Numbered from the stretch's first letter, positions 1 to 14,204 are shown. The stretch is DNA of 64,000 bases from Azolla caroliniana (GCA_043228905.1 JBHGNT010000005.1:19282001-19346000), one strand, 5' to 3'. Notes: a model not told the origin generated them from the letters alone. Numbers and translations are program-made.

Positions 1-3000
1 ACAATGGATCATGCTTAAAAACCATCCTATCACAATTTTCCATTTTTACGTTAAGTATATTCTCTTTCTTGCAAATAGCCTTTGATCTTTATCAGCCACG
101 TTTGTCATCATTCATTCACATTTCTGAGGCAAAGTGATAAGATCACTTAGTCTTTTAAGTATTATTAATTCAACTTTCAGTGCATCAAACCCTTCCACTC
201 TTATTATCCTACCTTGACTCATTTGCCTTTATTCCCAACTTGTGAATGTCATCTACCATGAGTTTAGGGACCCATTCATTTACTTTGCACAACACAATTG
301 TTGTCGTGCACCCTTCCTATGTTATGATCCTAACCTTGTTCAAATGCTTGTTTTGATCCCTTTATACCCAACTATGAACATTATGTAGCATAAGTTTATG
401 GAAATATTTGTATACTTGTGTAACATAATTGGTGTTGGACTTATTAAAAAATCATCCCTACATAACAATGCACTTTGAAGTACGATATGTTCTATTTCAT
501 TATGAGCATCTCATTGAAGTTTTACTCACTATGAAGATTATGGTGGAATTGGACACATTAATATTAACATAAAATTCTAGACCCTTTTGAACATGATACT
601 ATTTGGACAATCCATTTGATTCAACCATGTATAACCTTGAACTTGTAGAAATAACCCAAATTTCATGCAATGAATATTATGTTTTGTATTTTCATGGCGA
701 AAACTATGAGCTAAAACAAATCACTTAATGTTCACAAGAGATCCCTAAGTTGTAGTGTGTGCGAATACTTTAGTTGGACATGTGTCAGAATTTCATTACA
801 GACACTTCATCAAGGTATATGAGGTATCGTTGTTTTCGAGTTGATAATTATTATGGGTGGACAATGTTAAACACGCATGATAATAACTTTAATACTCAAA
901 GAGAAGTCATGCACGTGAAACAATAGACAGTTGAGTAACCCATGAGTGGAAGCGATTATTCTATGGAAGTTCATGTGCCCATAGGTTAAATTGAAATGTT
1001 CGATGTGTAGCAACATTTTCTACATTATTATAAAACAATTGATTATTGACTAATATTCAATTATTATGTCTACAAGTTCGATCACATGCAATCACATTTT
1101 ATATATGTATAGTGTGTGAACTCTAGAAGCAATGGTTATTGACTAGATCCATTATACTCTCTCCTCGAAATGATGATAATATTTTACGAGGGAGTTCACA
1201 TTCATGTTATCATTTTTGCTATATGTTTGTCTATATATATAGTGTATTTAGTTTTATATATAATTTATATCCTATCATGATGTAGGCATTTTGCTTTGTA
1301 AGATATAATTATTTTTATATTATTCCTTAAGTGAATGGATTTGGTGAAGGAATTTCTGACATGTCAAGGAATCTATGGTATAATCTTCCACGAATTACTG
1401 ATATGGTACATGAGACATAGACCTTTAAACCCACTTTTTCGTTTGTTTTAAAATAGAATAGAATATAATTTTTATGGTTCACGAGGTGACCAATTTTGAC
1501 TTAAGGTACCAAATAGCATGTCAAATTGTATGTGACTCCTTCCTAAGAACACACGTTACTACTCTAGTAAAAGCTTTGCGTGTGAAAATAACACACACAC
1601 ACACACGTACTCATTGTTGACCTTTCTTGGCAGAGATTTGAGTACGTCACTTAACTTATCATGTCCATCTAATAAGATCACATGTTGACAATTAGGCTAA
1701 AAATTCATTAAGAACCAGGTTTTCATGATTTGTAGAGCTCAAATGTCGTATGTTGTTTTGTCTTGAATTGCATCACTAGTTCTCAACTCATTGGAAAATG
1801 AATGGTTAAGACCCATGAAATGAATGTATTCAAAGATAACTTGGCACTCTGAACAAATGCTAATTTACAATGAGAATACCCATACCCTTTTGATGTACAT
1901 GAATTTTATAGGCAACATCAAATTCGTACTCTTGTAGCCATTAGTTTACTCATTATACACTAATTTATTAATGATGATGTGAAGATTAATAATATTTAAT
2001 AAGAGACTTGCCGAATATATTTGGAAACATTTGACACTTCCCTTTCTTTTTGAGATTGGAAGCTAGTCATACATTGGTAGTTTGTGCCATTGACAACCAA
2101 AGGGAGGACACCTTGTCCTTGATTACGTACGCATTCATCCACGGGGATGGAGAATTAATCCCCTTTCCAAACATTGGCCTCTTTTTAAGTAGGCATACAT
2201 CTTCTTGGGGCAAAAATAATAAGTGTTTGCTCAATTCGAGGTACGTTAAGCTCACGATGCATCGTCTAGATTACAATTATCATATACATTATTCAACATT
2301 GCAAGCTTAGGTACAATTTGGATTTCTATTCAACATACTTTCTTTGCAACAACTTGACCATCAGATTAATATGTGATAGATGTTGTTCAGACTCAGGACA
2401 TGCAATCCTAATTAGATAGGACATCATGTAAGTCCAACAATGTACGTTCATAGAACTATAAGATAGACAAGTAAGGATATAATATGTAGATAATAATAAA
2501 AAAATCGGATAATTAATACTTGACCTAAAAATGATTTATAATCACTTAAGGTAAGATTTCAATTAGTGTAACGTCATTTTGTACTAGGGAAATTTAGCAC
2601 TATATTAGGGGTGGTGGTTTTAGTTGTTAAATTACAAACGCTAAGCACTATCTTAGTCCATGAATTTCAACATTGCTATCTCATTTATTAAAATTTACTC
2701 ATCAACGTTCCCTTATAGTGGGTGTTATTTAACATTGTGTGAGTGTTTAAGTGTGCCTGAACATTGGATCATTTTTCATCACAACCCACTTCATCAACCC
2801 TTGATATTGATGTCAAACACTACATTATGTCATACAATTTCTGAGTTGTGGTAAAATTATCTAAATGGTTTAGCTGTGCTTTTGACATCTTCGTTGATCA
2901 TTATACAAAAAAAAACCATATCACATTTCTGAGGTTTAAAAGTAGTTACAACTTACCCATGTGTCTGTCAAAGAAACAATTCCTCACAAAATCGAAGATG

Positions 3001-4519
3001 AGATTCCCATTCTATGTGCAATAGACAACACCAACAATGTGTATATCATGTAGTGTGCCATGAAAACAACACATTCACCATCAACGATCAACTTATGATA
3101 AGCATTACTATACACTAGTATCAACTTCACGACAAAGGCAATCTTTTTGTGGTTCATTTGCCACCAATTCTGTATGAGGGCAAAGCAAATAATGATTATC
3201 AAATATGAATTTACTGAGGTTTATCAAAGGTTTACATGGCCCTAAAGGGCACGATATGCTATGTGGCACTGAAATAGCATTTTGGAAGGAAAGCTTCATC
3301 ACATGATTGAATTTGGACTTCAAAAAGTTGTGACGATTTCGGAGTACCTATGTCACTTATGAATTACTACATTTCTTGCATTCTATGGGTTGCCAATTCA
3401 CCAATCTCAACTTCATAGCAAGGAGAGCAACAAGTGTGAAACCACAACATATTTGGAACTTTTAAACAATTGAGCACTATGGACAACATGCCACCTTATC
3501 AATGGTATATACCTTGTACTCCAATTTTATGATGGGAGGTGGTCTTACCAACTTCGGAAGATCATATACATGATTGCTCGAAGATTTGTTCGAAATTAAA
3601 GGGTTACCATCTACCATTGTAAGATAGGGATACCTTCTTGTAGCTTCAGGTTCATTGTTGTCATACTTCACAATTTAACATGGCATGCGAGATTGCACCT
3701 AACCTAACAAGAAAGTGAGGCATGCTATTCTGACATCCTTGCACCAAAACCTATATGGACAAATGTTAGCTAATAAACAACCTTACATGCTGATATGCCT
3801 TCTGCATATCCAATCATATCTTTGGCATATTTCGTGTTTTGGTGGTACCTTTGGCATAATTTACATTCAAAGATAACATCTTTCAAACTCAATTTTGGTA
3901 TTACTTTGACAAAAAATCTTGCACAATCGATTAAGGATATTACTCTCCATTGACAATAGGACATGTGAACATAGGAGACAAAATTACATGAAATATGCAT
4001 CTTACAAGAACACCACCTCTTTTTAAACAATAATATTGTTATCCATTTAGCCATCAATCGGAACACAAATATCTTTACAAATCTGAGTGGTAACTTAGGT
4101 AGTTATTGCAAAGTTCTAATTTTTAAATTGAAGGTATGTCATAAATTAATGGTTTCTATTAACAGATGGAAGAGATATGAACCTTTTTATGGTCAACCCC
4201 AAGTTTTTTGAAAGGTGTCACCAAGAATGAATACCATATCTTGATGCAATATGAACCTATCATGGATCTATCAAGCAAAAATGAAGATAACAGGTCATTA
4301 CGGTTACTATGTGTGAAACTATTTGCTCAAATGACTCCTAAAGAACTTTTGCATATGTGAATGCTCACCATTGACTTTATCTCCATGTCTATGTATATAT
4401 ATATATATATTAATGGCTACCCACTTGATCTCCGGGAAAACACCATCAAACCCATGAAAAGCCTCGAGAAGATGGACAGGTGTTCAACAAACCTTGAAAA
4501 AATATTACATGACTTGATA

Positions 4520-4940
4520 AACTAATCTTCGAAAGTCCATTCTTGAAGAAAGTAACAAAATTTCAAATTGAATACAAAGCAATGCAGGCAAGTATTGTCA
4601 AGATTGAAGAGGTGAAATGTTAACTCCAAATTCAAGAACATCAAAGCCGAGTTCAGAAAAGGGTGGGAAAAAGTAGTTGAAGAGGTAAGGGTAGAATTCA
4701 CTTTAGACAAAGAAGTTAAAACAATCTAGACAATATCAATGTTGACTTAAAGAAAGGTCAGGCTAAAGTAGTTAAAAGAGAAGTAAAAATACAAATTCAA
4801 GCAAAAAAGTCAAGATGGGTGGAACTAGCCAAAGAACAAAAACAATTACAAGGAATTAAACGAGTGTAGAGTATAGTTGAAAAAGAGTTGTTGACGCATG
4901 CAAGACAACTCAACATGCAACGAGAATCCGTAAGTCACTA
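4520..4940 (+). mobile_element. Degenerate non-LTR retrotransposon ORF1-like fragment
   Basis: Broken K/E-rich coiled-coil-like coding remnant (KGWEKVVEEV..., ARQLN). An inverted homologous copy lies at about 10240-10520. Confidence 0.35.
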
Positions 4941-5419
4941 AAGGCCAACCACCCCCAACCAAAAATAAGGACAACATACACCAAGCTCAAGGATAGAAAG
5001 TAAGAAGCAACTCCATTCACTAAACCTTAGGTGGGAAAAGACACCCTAAAGCTAGAGCATTCAATATGATTTCCAAATGAAGTAGGAAGCATTTAATATA
5101 TCCCACTTTAGGTTTTCAGATAGATATATATGAAAGTTTAAGGATTGTAAGGGTACATTCACACCTGTACGTGACTAAATGGCAGGATGGCCGTTTATTC
5201 CCAACAATGTGCCTTGAGAGGAGAAGGATCAACTAATTGCAAGTATGTGCAAAGCTAAAACGCATATATCTATCCAATTCCTATCATTTGTTGGCAATGA
5301 GCAAACCACTCTTTCTGGAAGACCCTTCATAAAAAGATTTTGAAATGCGCAGAATCCGAATCAATCAGACAAACAACCACCGTCCACAAACAGTGACAAG
5401 ATCTTATGGGCAAGCTGAC

Positions 5420-6020
5420 ATGAAGTAATAGCCAATACGACATGAAATAAATAATAGCAACCGAATACACAATACTTTTACCTGGAAACCCCAAATCAAA
5501 AAAACCACAGGACCCTTAGGGTACTAGAACTTCCACTATAACTCAGTTTACAAGTGGGTACAACATCCCTAGATATCACTAGAGAAATACACAAGCATTA
5601 AGGCAGCAACCTTGGCAACAATCTTCATCCAACAAGATGGAACAACAAGAAGAACAAGAGACAAAGATCAGTAGAACCAGACATGAAACCACTATGTAAG
5701 CGTTGGATGTGAGTTTCTTGATGGCAAGAACAACCCCTCTAAATTTCAGCCCAATCGAAATTCATATGGCCGTCAATCCGGGCACATCAAATGCAAGTGC
5801 CACAACACCTACTGGATTTCTATACCACTTCTTTCCTTCTCTTTTTGTTCTCACTTTTGCAGCCTCTCTCTTCACCCTAGAAATCCACTTTTCTTCCTCA
5901 AGGGTCTTCCTAGATAAGACTTCCTTTAAGTGGGGCATCATTTCGGCCTACCAAATGGTAACTAATCAAGCCCCGATTATCATTAGGACTTCTTTTGTCG
6001 TGAGGAAGGAAAACACAACA
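5420..6020 (-). mobile_element. Putative copia-type LTR remnant
   Basis: Contains TTTACCTGGAAACCCC...AAAAACCACAGG, resembling reverse-oriented Tnt1-like LTRs, and ends ...ACAACA. No TSD could be resolved. Confidence 0.3.
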
Positions 6021-6219
6021 AATTTGCAGGATTATCATATGTATGCAATTTGACAAGCTCAATGCTCTGGCTGTCAAGTACATCTTTGATGAACTAAGAA
6101 AACCACTCATGATGAGAGGAGATGTGAAAAGAAATGTTGGAAATAGAGGGCCATTGTGCCTTTCATTATGTACCTTTCTAAAAACCTAATGTGGTATACA
6201 TATATCAAGTGCTCATTTC

Positions 6220-8330
6220 AAATTAGTATCAAAGTGAAGTTTAAGGTGTGGGGTTGTAGAGTCCCTGCAGTCCCAGGTCATGTTTTCAGGCAGGAGAGAG
6301 ATTAACACTCTTCAGTTCACTATAGGTCAATGCAGGTAGGAAACAAACTGGCTGTTGAGTTGATCAAATTTTGACCATGCAAAGGATACAATTATAGGCA
6401 AAGGATATGAGTTGGCGGCAGTTCACGGGAAGATTTTTCACATTTTCTTCGCAAAATGTTTTCAGGTTCTCTGCAAGCAAGTCCTTCACACATGGAGGGG
6501 AGTTTGCTGCCATAAACATATTTCAGAATTGTGGGCAGATTCGTGCCTAAACTTTGGGGGTTTGTCTAGATTTAATGCAAGCAAAACATTACAATCACAT
6601 TTTACCAGAAATTTGGAACATTTTGCCTTCAACACTTGGAATCTTTCATGTACATGAAAAATTTGCGCTAAAATAGACACAATTTCTTAACATTGATGCA
6701 CATTGAACCCCGTGCAAATTGGGGTTTTTGTTGTTTAGGAAAAATTGTGCACCAATTGATCATCTTATTTGTTGGAGGGTGGCAACTCCAAACCTGACCT
6801 GCACTTTCTTTCATCTTTTATTATCTCTCTTCTACATTCTCTCTCTAGAATCTACAACTCTTTAAATACATTCTCTCTCTAAAATCTACAACGGTTTAAA
6901 TGCCTTCTCTCTCTTCCACTTTTCCAAGATAATCCATCTTATTCCTAGTTTATTGTACCTGTTTGGTAGTACAAGAGCCACTTAACTACCAAACAACCAT
7001 TTCACCCATGTTCCCCAATATTGTATAAATAGGCTATACCAGCCTCTTTTGTAAAGACTTTAGCTTTTGCTGCTACTTGCAAAGAAGCTCTACTCTTTGG
7101 TTGTGTCTCTAGTCTTTGCAACCATTTTTGCTATTGTTGTCTAACAGCCTTCTCAAAGCTTGGTTGTGTCTATTTTTTTGTTCTAACAATTGTTCTGTTG
7201 CTGCTATTAGCAACTTTTCTCACATTATTTACATGCAAATTTAACTTCATGAAATTTGGACACCCAACACTTGGAAACATTTGGCATTTTTGCTGGAATT
7301 GCTTTATTTTGGTACAACTGGTCTATTCTATACATGTCAAAGATAGTGCCGATGTATGGTTGATGTTTTGAGCACAAATATTTTGAGGGTTTTATTACAA
7401 TGTGGCACAACAAAAACTGGAGATGGAATTTGGGACTTCTCACGTAAAGTGATGTATTTGTCCTTGGAACAACTACAATCATTTGAGTGTTGTAGCACAA
7501 AATTTTAGGCTTCTGAATTTTGATTTGCAAATCTGATTTTTTTTCTATTATATGACAGTTTATTGATAGTTTATACTTGTAATAATTTAGGCCTACTTTT
7601 ACTAAAAAATTTGGTCTTCTTTTGGTCAAAAAATTCTAGCTAGTAACAATGACAACAGCTTTCTTATGCAGATCAAGAAGCTTGAGCATGCATATAATTT
7701 CTCAATGTTGCATAAGATTTTAGGCTGCTGAAATTTGATTTGCAAATCTGAAATTTTCTTTTATGTGAAAATTTATTGATAGTTGGCACTTGTTTATACC
7801 TGTACAACCTAGGCCTATTTTTGCTGATTATTTTGGTGATCTTTTTTGGGTGAAATTTTTTTGTTGGCAATAGTGCTACAATATCTTGTTGTAGAAGCAA
7901 GCAAAGCCAATGAAGGTCAACGGGGTAAAGCCTATAGATATGAACAAGATTACGAATGAGTTTGGATGCTCGACCATTGAGCTATTAGTCTTTGATGTCG
8001 TGTTATTTAATACTAAAGGTTTGGAATTTGTTCATGCTATTTGGACTAGACTACACGAATTGTATGCCTAGAAGATTGCATTTAAAAAAGTTTATTGGTT
8101 CAAAAAGCTCATAGATTTGTGCATGAAAGAGGGCACAATCATGTCAACTCACTTGAGTGAGTTTAACTCTATTTTTAACAAGTTGATTACCTTAAAATCA
8201 TCATTGATTATGAGTTTACACCTACATTTCTACTTGGAACTTTGCTAGAGAGTTGAGATATTTTCAAAACTTCCATGAGCAATTCAAATGTGATGCTTTT
8301 GTATGATTTTATAAAGAGCTTTCTACACTA
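6220..8330 (+). mobile_element. Degenerate Ty1/copia 5' region (UTR plus gag remnant)
   Basis: PBS-like TAGTATCAAAG near 6224; gag-like remnant KKVYWFKKLIDLCMKEGTIMSTHLSEFNSIF at about 8085-8180; homologous to the inverted copy at about 8590-9640. Confidence 0.55.
6770..7224 (+). mobile_element. Solo LTR (455 bp)
   Basis: TG...CA termini; perfect 5-bp TSD TTATT (6765-6769 and 7225-7229); internal TATAAAT near 7024. It interrupts the homology with the inverted copia copy. Confidence 0.8.
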
Positions 8331-9760
8331 TATCAATTGGAAGATCAATGCATCTAATAGGTCCGTTGGTGCTTTGCACACTAGGATTACATCACAACAA
8401 TAAGCCATCTTGAATACAAAAGAGAAAATTTCATCAACATCAACAATACGTTCTTGCTTGTATCCCTTCGTAACCAATCTTGCTTTGTACTTTGGCGAGG
8501 ATCTAGAAGTGAACTCCATCTTGCTATCAGATTTGCCTCTTTGTTGTGTCTTGTCCCTAATATGCAACACAGTAGAGCACTTACTGGATGCCTTTTTGCC
8601 AATTCATCTCTTGTATGAGTAGAGAACTCTCTACAAAAAGCATCACAGTTGAATTGCTCACAATAGTCCTAAAGGTATCCCAACTCTCTCGCAAAGTGCA
8701 AAGCAGAAATATGGCCTTAAACTCATCATCATTTTACGAATGTCAAGGTAACCAATTGGCTAAAAATAGAATTAAACTCATTCAAGTGAGTTAACATGAG
8801 TGTGCCTTCTCTCATGCACAAATCCATAAGCTTTTCAACCAATAAACTTTCCTAGTTGCACTCTTTTGGCATTCAATTCCTGTAGTGTGGTTCAAATAGC
8901 ACAAACATTGTCCAAATCTTTAATGTTAAAATGCAAGGCATCAGAGACTAATAGTTCAATGGTTGAGAATGCAAACTCATCAAATCCTAGTCATCATGTT
9001 CCATATCTGTAGTCTTTTCCACTTTAACCTTGATCACCTTTGCCACACTGCGAAATCACGTACAACTCAAGTGTCTTGATGTGTATGAGAAGGTTCCTAT
9101 CACTATTGCAAATTAGGATTTTTAGCCCAAACAAAAATGACCAAAAAAATTAGCAAATGCATGCCTTAATTGATGCAAGTACAAACAAATACGAACCACC
9201 TAAATTATTATAGTTGTTCCAAGGACAAACACATCATGTTACATGAGACATCCTAATTTTCAATGACTATTTTTGTTGTATTGTACATACATTCATAGGC
9301 ATAAAAATTGACGCACACGAAAAAAACCCAAAATATTTGTGCTAAAAGCATCAACCATACATCTACAAGTCTCTCACATGCATAGAATAGAACAATTTTG
9401 CCAACATTGCATGAAATTAAACTCGCATGGACATAAAATGATTAGTGCACAAATTTTGCATAAACAGCAAAGGCCCCAATTTGCATAAGGTTCATGAAAT
9501 TGGGTTAATTTCAGCCCAATTTTGCATGTACATGAAATACTCCAAATATCGGAGCCAAAAGGTCACAAAGTTCTGCAACGAGTCAAATGTCACTATTTTG
9601 TCTTGCTCGCATCAACTCCAAACAAAGCCCCAAATTTTAGACACATTCCCTCCAATGGTATCCAAATATGCAACAGTAAACCAAAACAATCAAGGAACCA
9701 ATAGAGACAAAGAAATTGAATCACCGTAGAGTGTCCTATAAAAGAGCATTATGCCATACT
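8330..9760 (-). mobile_element. Degenerate, internally deleted Ty1/copia copy
   Basis: RT fragment PKYKARLVTKGYKQERIVDVDEIFS (ORF 8328-8570); gag remnant and UTR homologous to 6540-8300 in the opposite orientation. Confidence 0.6.
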
Positions 9761-11499
9761 CAAATCTAGGAAAAGAATTCCTCATTGGAGACCAATGTCA
9801 TGACACAAAATGGAAAGCGTTATGCTTATGACTCAGAAGACCTAGAGATGATTCATTTGATATCTTTGGCAGACTCAAGAACATGTAAGTCCTTAATTGG
9901 CTCAAGATTAGACCTCTTCTAATCCTTTTTCAATGTGTCAAAAGTGTCCCATCATAATTCCAAACTGCGAGTGTAGCTCAATTTAAATATTGTTGTTTCA
10001 TAAGCTACAAATCTTTATTCCATGGCCTTGCCATCAATAATTACGCAATGATCCCAACAAACAGTCTTCCTTACATGATTGTATGGCCCATGCTATACAT
10101 TGTTTTCTATGATCGATTTGCATATTCATTAGATCATCATCAAAAACTACAACACAAGTGTTCAAGCTTTGGTGGTGCCATGGTACAAAGTGTCCTTCCT
10201 TATTGGTCAAGGGTGCCATTTGATGATTCATCTTGCTTGCCATGTCCACTCTCCTTCAATTGTAATTTATCAATTCCTTCCCATTGTATCTTTTTCGTAG
10301 CTATCTCCACCCATCTAGACTCCTCAACTTTGATTTCCACTTTTACACTTCTTTGACTATTTCAACCCAACCTTTCTTTAGTTCAGCTTTGATGTTGTAT
10401 AGGATGTTGATTTCAACTTCTTTGTCTAGGGCAAGTTCAATCTTTACCTACTCTTTAAAAACTTTTGTCCACCCTTTTTTTAACATCACTTTGATATCCT
10501 CAAGTTGAAGGTTAGCTTTAACCCTATTCTTCCTCAAAAATTCACCTTCATTGCTTAGTATTCAGCTTATCTCCTATGCATTAAATCCATAATTAATTTT
10601 AATTTCTATATCTCTGCCTTTGGATATTTCAGAAAACTAAAGATTCAATTGTATTGTCATACATTATACTAAGGATTTAGTTTGTCAGACTAAGGTCAAA
10701 GCTAAAGCCAAAATTTTAAATCGAGAAACTCTCCAATTTCGAGAGTATTGTAGAAATTAATAAAAGATTATAGTAAATTTTCTGGCTAAAATGGATTGCG
10801 TCCAAATCCTAGCGAAACCATTGAAATCTTCAATTTCCCCTTAATTAGGTTTGGTACTTCATCAAACCTCTAGAGGATGGAATTTATAAAATCCTCAAAT
10901 GATGTGAATCTTTGACAAGCCAAATGTTCATGTAATTGAAAAGTACATCTTTTTGGGAGGTAAATCCAAGCCACTATACGGTATTCCCATAATCCTTGTC
11001 AAATGAGTCAATGATATGTAATTCACATCGCATTGTGATGTCATCATTTCTTCATCACAGATGATCATGTAGAGACTCTTGCATTACCTCATAGTAGATG
11101 CAAATATCATATGCCGCTTAACCACCTTGTGAGTATAAAGATCCAAGTGACAGTGCCACGCGCTTTAATGATGTGGAGACTTAAGTCAAATTACCACGTA
11201 CCCCATCCCTGGGAGACCTATGTGGAACTTCTACACATCAATCCATCCAACCTCCTCATGTGTATGCATATAGAGTATCCTAATCATCCCACTATTTGTG
11301 CTATGAGTATACACATAACCTTTAACTAAAAGAGTCTATCATATTAAAGATAGGCCGGTAGCTCATGGATGGCCTCATGTTCGATCTAGGCTGTTAGCTT
11401 GTGGACAACCTGATCAGCCACAAATTCAAGAGCCATGGTATAGACACATACCAAGGGTGTATTGGTATAAATTGGCTAGCTGCAGTACAATACACCTCC

Positions 11500-13857
11500 T
11501 CAATCCCATTCACAACAAAAAACCCCTTGTAATTCTCTCAATCTCCCCACCTCATCAATACAAGCTTGCAACCCTGCATCTGCATAAGCATTTGATAATA
11601 ACACATATGCCCCTCCATGTTTTGGATCAAGGTTCACTGCATGATCAAATGCCCGTTTGGCTAGGTCCAACTTCCCATGTGTACCACATGCACCTAACAA
11701 ACATAACCAAATGCAAACATCCATATGTAAACATGACTTCTCCATTATATTTTGTATCTTGTCAAAATCCCCAGCTCGACCGAGAAGATCTAATAAGATT
11801 CCATAGTGTTTTGTGGTAGGAATTAAGCCATAATCTCTCATCATTGACTCGAAATACTCTAGGCTAACACTTACAAGGCCACTGTGTCTACAAGCTGATA
11901 GTGCAGAGATGAAAGTCAAGTCATCAGGCTCGACACTTGATGCTTTCATGCTTTCGAACATGCTAAGACTTGCAATGTAGTTTCCTTCTGCGGCATGCCC
12001 TGCTATGCATGCATTCCAGAAGACAATATTGGTATGCGAAAGCCCATTGAAGAATGATAATGCATCAGGCATTGTGCCACAACTCCGATAAGCAATCAGC
12101 AAGGCTGATACAATCGGGGTGGTTGAGTCATATCCTGCGGAGACAATTTGGAAGTGAAGGTGAATGCATACTTCTAAGCTCCCTGTTGCTCCGCATGCTT
12201 GTAATGTGGCAAGGATCGCAACATCATCATCGGCCACATCTCGTGCCTTCATCTCTCTGTACATCTCTATAGCCTTTTCTCCATATCCTTGTTCAACATA
12301 AGTGCAAAGAAGCCCTGTCCATGAAACCACATCTGGACAAGTCAAGGAACCAAACACCTCCTCTGCCTCTATGATCCCCCCACACTTACCATACATGCTC
12401 ACAAACGTATTGCAAACTTGGATATCTAATGAGAAACCCAATCGTTTAGAGTCTAGATGTAGTGCGTGACCTAACTCTAACCAAATTGTTGGGTATGATT
12501 CCTCTTTCTCAGCTACATTTCCGCATGCTCGGATTGTGGCCACAAAAGTCGGTTGGTCCGGACGTATGCCCTCTTCATGCATCAATTTGTATAAGAACAA
12601 AGCCTTCATATCTTCACCTTGCTCAACATAGGATGCAATCATTGCATTCCATGAGACTGTGTCTCTTGCTGACGAAGAGGCAAATACGTTCTCGGCTTCA
12701 GGGATTGTTCCACATTTGCCATACATACTCACAAGGGCACTAACGAGCATTATGTCTGACAAAAGCCCTCGCTTCAATACCTCAGCATGTAATGCCCGTC
12801 CGATTTCTTGAGGTATGGATATCTTCTTCACATGTGAACCACTTGTTTGAAGGGTGTCATTGGATGCATCATGATTAACTGAAGAAACCACCCTCTCAAC
12901 GAGCAAAGCACAGGCTTGAAGAGCAAACACCAGTGTGTTCCGGTTCACTGCCACGTCTTCTGCATACATTTGTCTATACAAAAGCGTAGCTTTCTTTCCT
13001 TGGCCTTGCTCAACATAAGCTGTGAGCATGGCATTCCATGAGATTGAATCCCGACGAGGCAAATTTACAAACACGTCCTCGGCTTCTCTTATTGCGTCAC
13101 ACTTGCCGTACATACTAACAAGAGTACTTCCTACAAACACATGGGAATCGAGACCACGTCGTCGCGCCTCAAAATGTAGTCTCTTTCCTTGTTTAAGATC
13201 AAATAAACTGCCACATGCCTTAAACAAGCTCACGAATGTATAACTATTTGGTTCTACACCCAAAGATTCCATTGATCTATACAAAGCTAGAGCTTTCTCT
13301 GGGTGGCCCTGGCCTATACATAGAGAGATCATGGCAGTCCACGAGAAAACAGTAGGGAAAGTTAGGGTTTCAAAGACTTGAAATGCTTCTTCCATAGCTC
13401 CACATCTAGCTAAGGTCATGGCTAAATAGTCACCAAGTAAAGGTGTCATGGTGGCCTTATTTTGGGCCATATGGTCGTAAATTTTCTTTGTAAGAACAAA
13501 TGAATGATCAGATTTGTTGCATACCTTGAGCATGGAGAGATAACCATGGCTGGACAGGGGTTTTTGTACTTCCGTGAGCAAACTGACGGCCTTCTCTATC
13601 TTCCCTTCTCCACATAAAGCCTGAAGAGCATGGTAGACATCAGGATCATCCGCAACTCCCACATTAATTCCTCTCTGTGATGGAGAGGCGCAAGAAGTGG
13701 CGGTGGTGATGTGGCGGTAATGAGGGGGAGGAGGAGGAGGAGGAGGGAGAAGAAGCTTCACAGAAAAGTACTTGTTGTGGAGCAGAGGTATGGTGGGTAT
13801 TTCTCTAAGTAAGGCAGGGTGTGTTAAGAAGAGGTCGCCATGAAAGCTGAGCTTCAT
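11500..13857 (-). CDS. PLS-class pentatricopeptide repeat protein with E domains and no DYW (organellar RNA-editing factor type)
   Basis: Intronless 785-aa ORF; repeated motifs LVSMYGKCG..EAE.VF and VSWNAMI; C-terminal LLDLLGRAG...WLCLLGAC..HG...YVLLSNAYADAG; transit-peptide-like N-terminus. Confidence 0.95.
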   Translation of the reverse strand: MKLSFHGDLFLTHPALLREIPTIPLLHNKYFSVKLLLPPPPPPPPHYRHITTATSCASPSQRGINVGVADDPDVYHALQALCGEGKIEKAVSLLTEVQKPLSSHGYLSMLKVCNKSDHSFVLTKKIYDHMAQNKATMTPLLGDYLAMTLARCGAMEEAFQVFETLTFPTVFSWTAMISLCIGQGHPEKALALYRSMESLGVEPNSYTFVSLFKACGSLFDLKQGKRLHFEARRRGLDSHVFVGSTLVSMYGKCDAIREAEDVFVNLPRRDSISWNAMLTAYVEQGQGKKATLLYRQMYAEDVAVNRNTLVFALQACALLVERVVSSVNHDASNDTLQTSGSHVKKISIPQEIGRALHAEVLKRGLLSDIMLVSALVSMYGKCGTIPEAENVFASSSARDTVSWNAMIASYVEQGEDMKALFLYKLMHEEGIRPDQPTFVATIRACGNVAEKEESYPTIWLELGHALHLDSKRLGFSLDIQVCNTFVSMYGKCGGIIEAEEVFGSLTCPDVVSWTGLLCTYVEQGYGEKAIEMYREMKARDVADDDVAILATLQACGATGSLEVCIHLHFQIVSAGYDSTTPIVSALLIAYRSCGTMPDALSFFNGLSHTNIVFWNACIAGHAAEGNYIASLSMFESMKASSVEPDDLTFISALSACRHSGLVSVSLEYFESMMRDYGLIPTTKHYGILLDLLGRAGDFDKIQNIMEKSCLHMDVCIWLCLLGACGTHGKLDLAKRAFDHAVNLDPKHGGAYVLLSNAYADAGLQACIDEVGRLRELQGVFCCEWD

Positions 13858-13917
13858 GGGCTCTCTGAATGACTCTGTCTCTGTCTCTCTGTCTCTGTCT
13901 CTACCAACCTACTACCA

Positions 13918-14204
13918 AACAATCGGCAACGGTTCCGCTCGGCTCGGTTCGGTTCGAGAGTATCAAACTTAAACCACTTAAAACCGAACCTTCACCAAAA
14001 TAATTCAAGCTCAAACCAAACGGTTTCGGAGACTTTCAAACCTTCAAACCGTTAAAACCATTGTTTCGAGGTTCGGTTTTGGTTTTCAAGTTAAGATCAA
14101 CATTCAAATTTTAATTTTAAAAAATTTAAATCTTTTAATATTTTGATTTTTAATTTTTCAAAATTTAAAGATTTTTCTTAATATATCAAAATTAGGCTTA
14201 AAAT
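13918..14204. mobile_element. Truncated copy of an AACCG-rich hAT MITE
   Basis: Begins AACAATCGGCAACGGTT like the TIR of 26096-26548 and is colinear with the left part of that element; the right end is absent. Confidence 0.7.

Noticed and set aside
1-4500. Short ORFs as genes
   Set aside because: AT-rich, stop-riddled sequence without splice-consistent models; probably very old TE debris that I cannot classify.
11340-11499. Cryptic DYW domain after the PPR stop
   Set aside because: The frame closes again within 9 codons and shows no PG-box or HSE motif.
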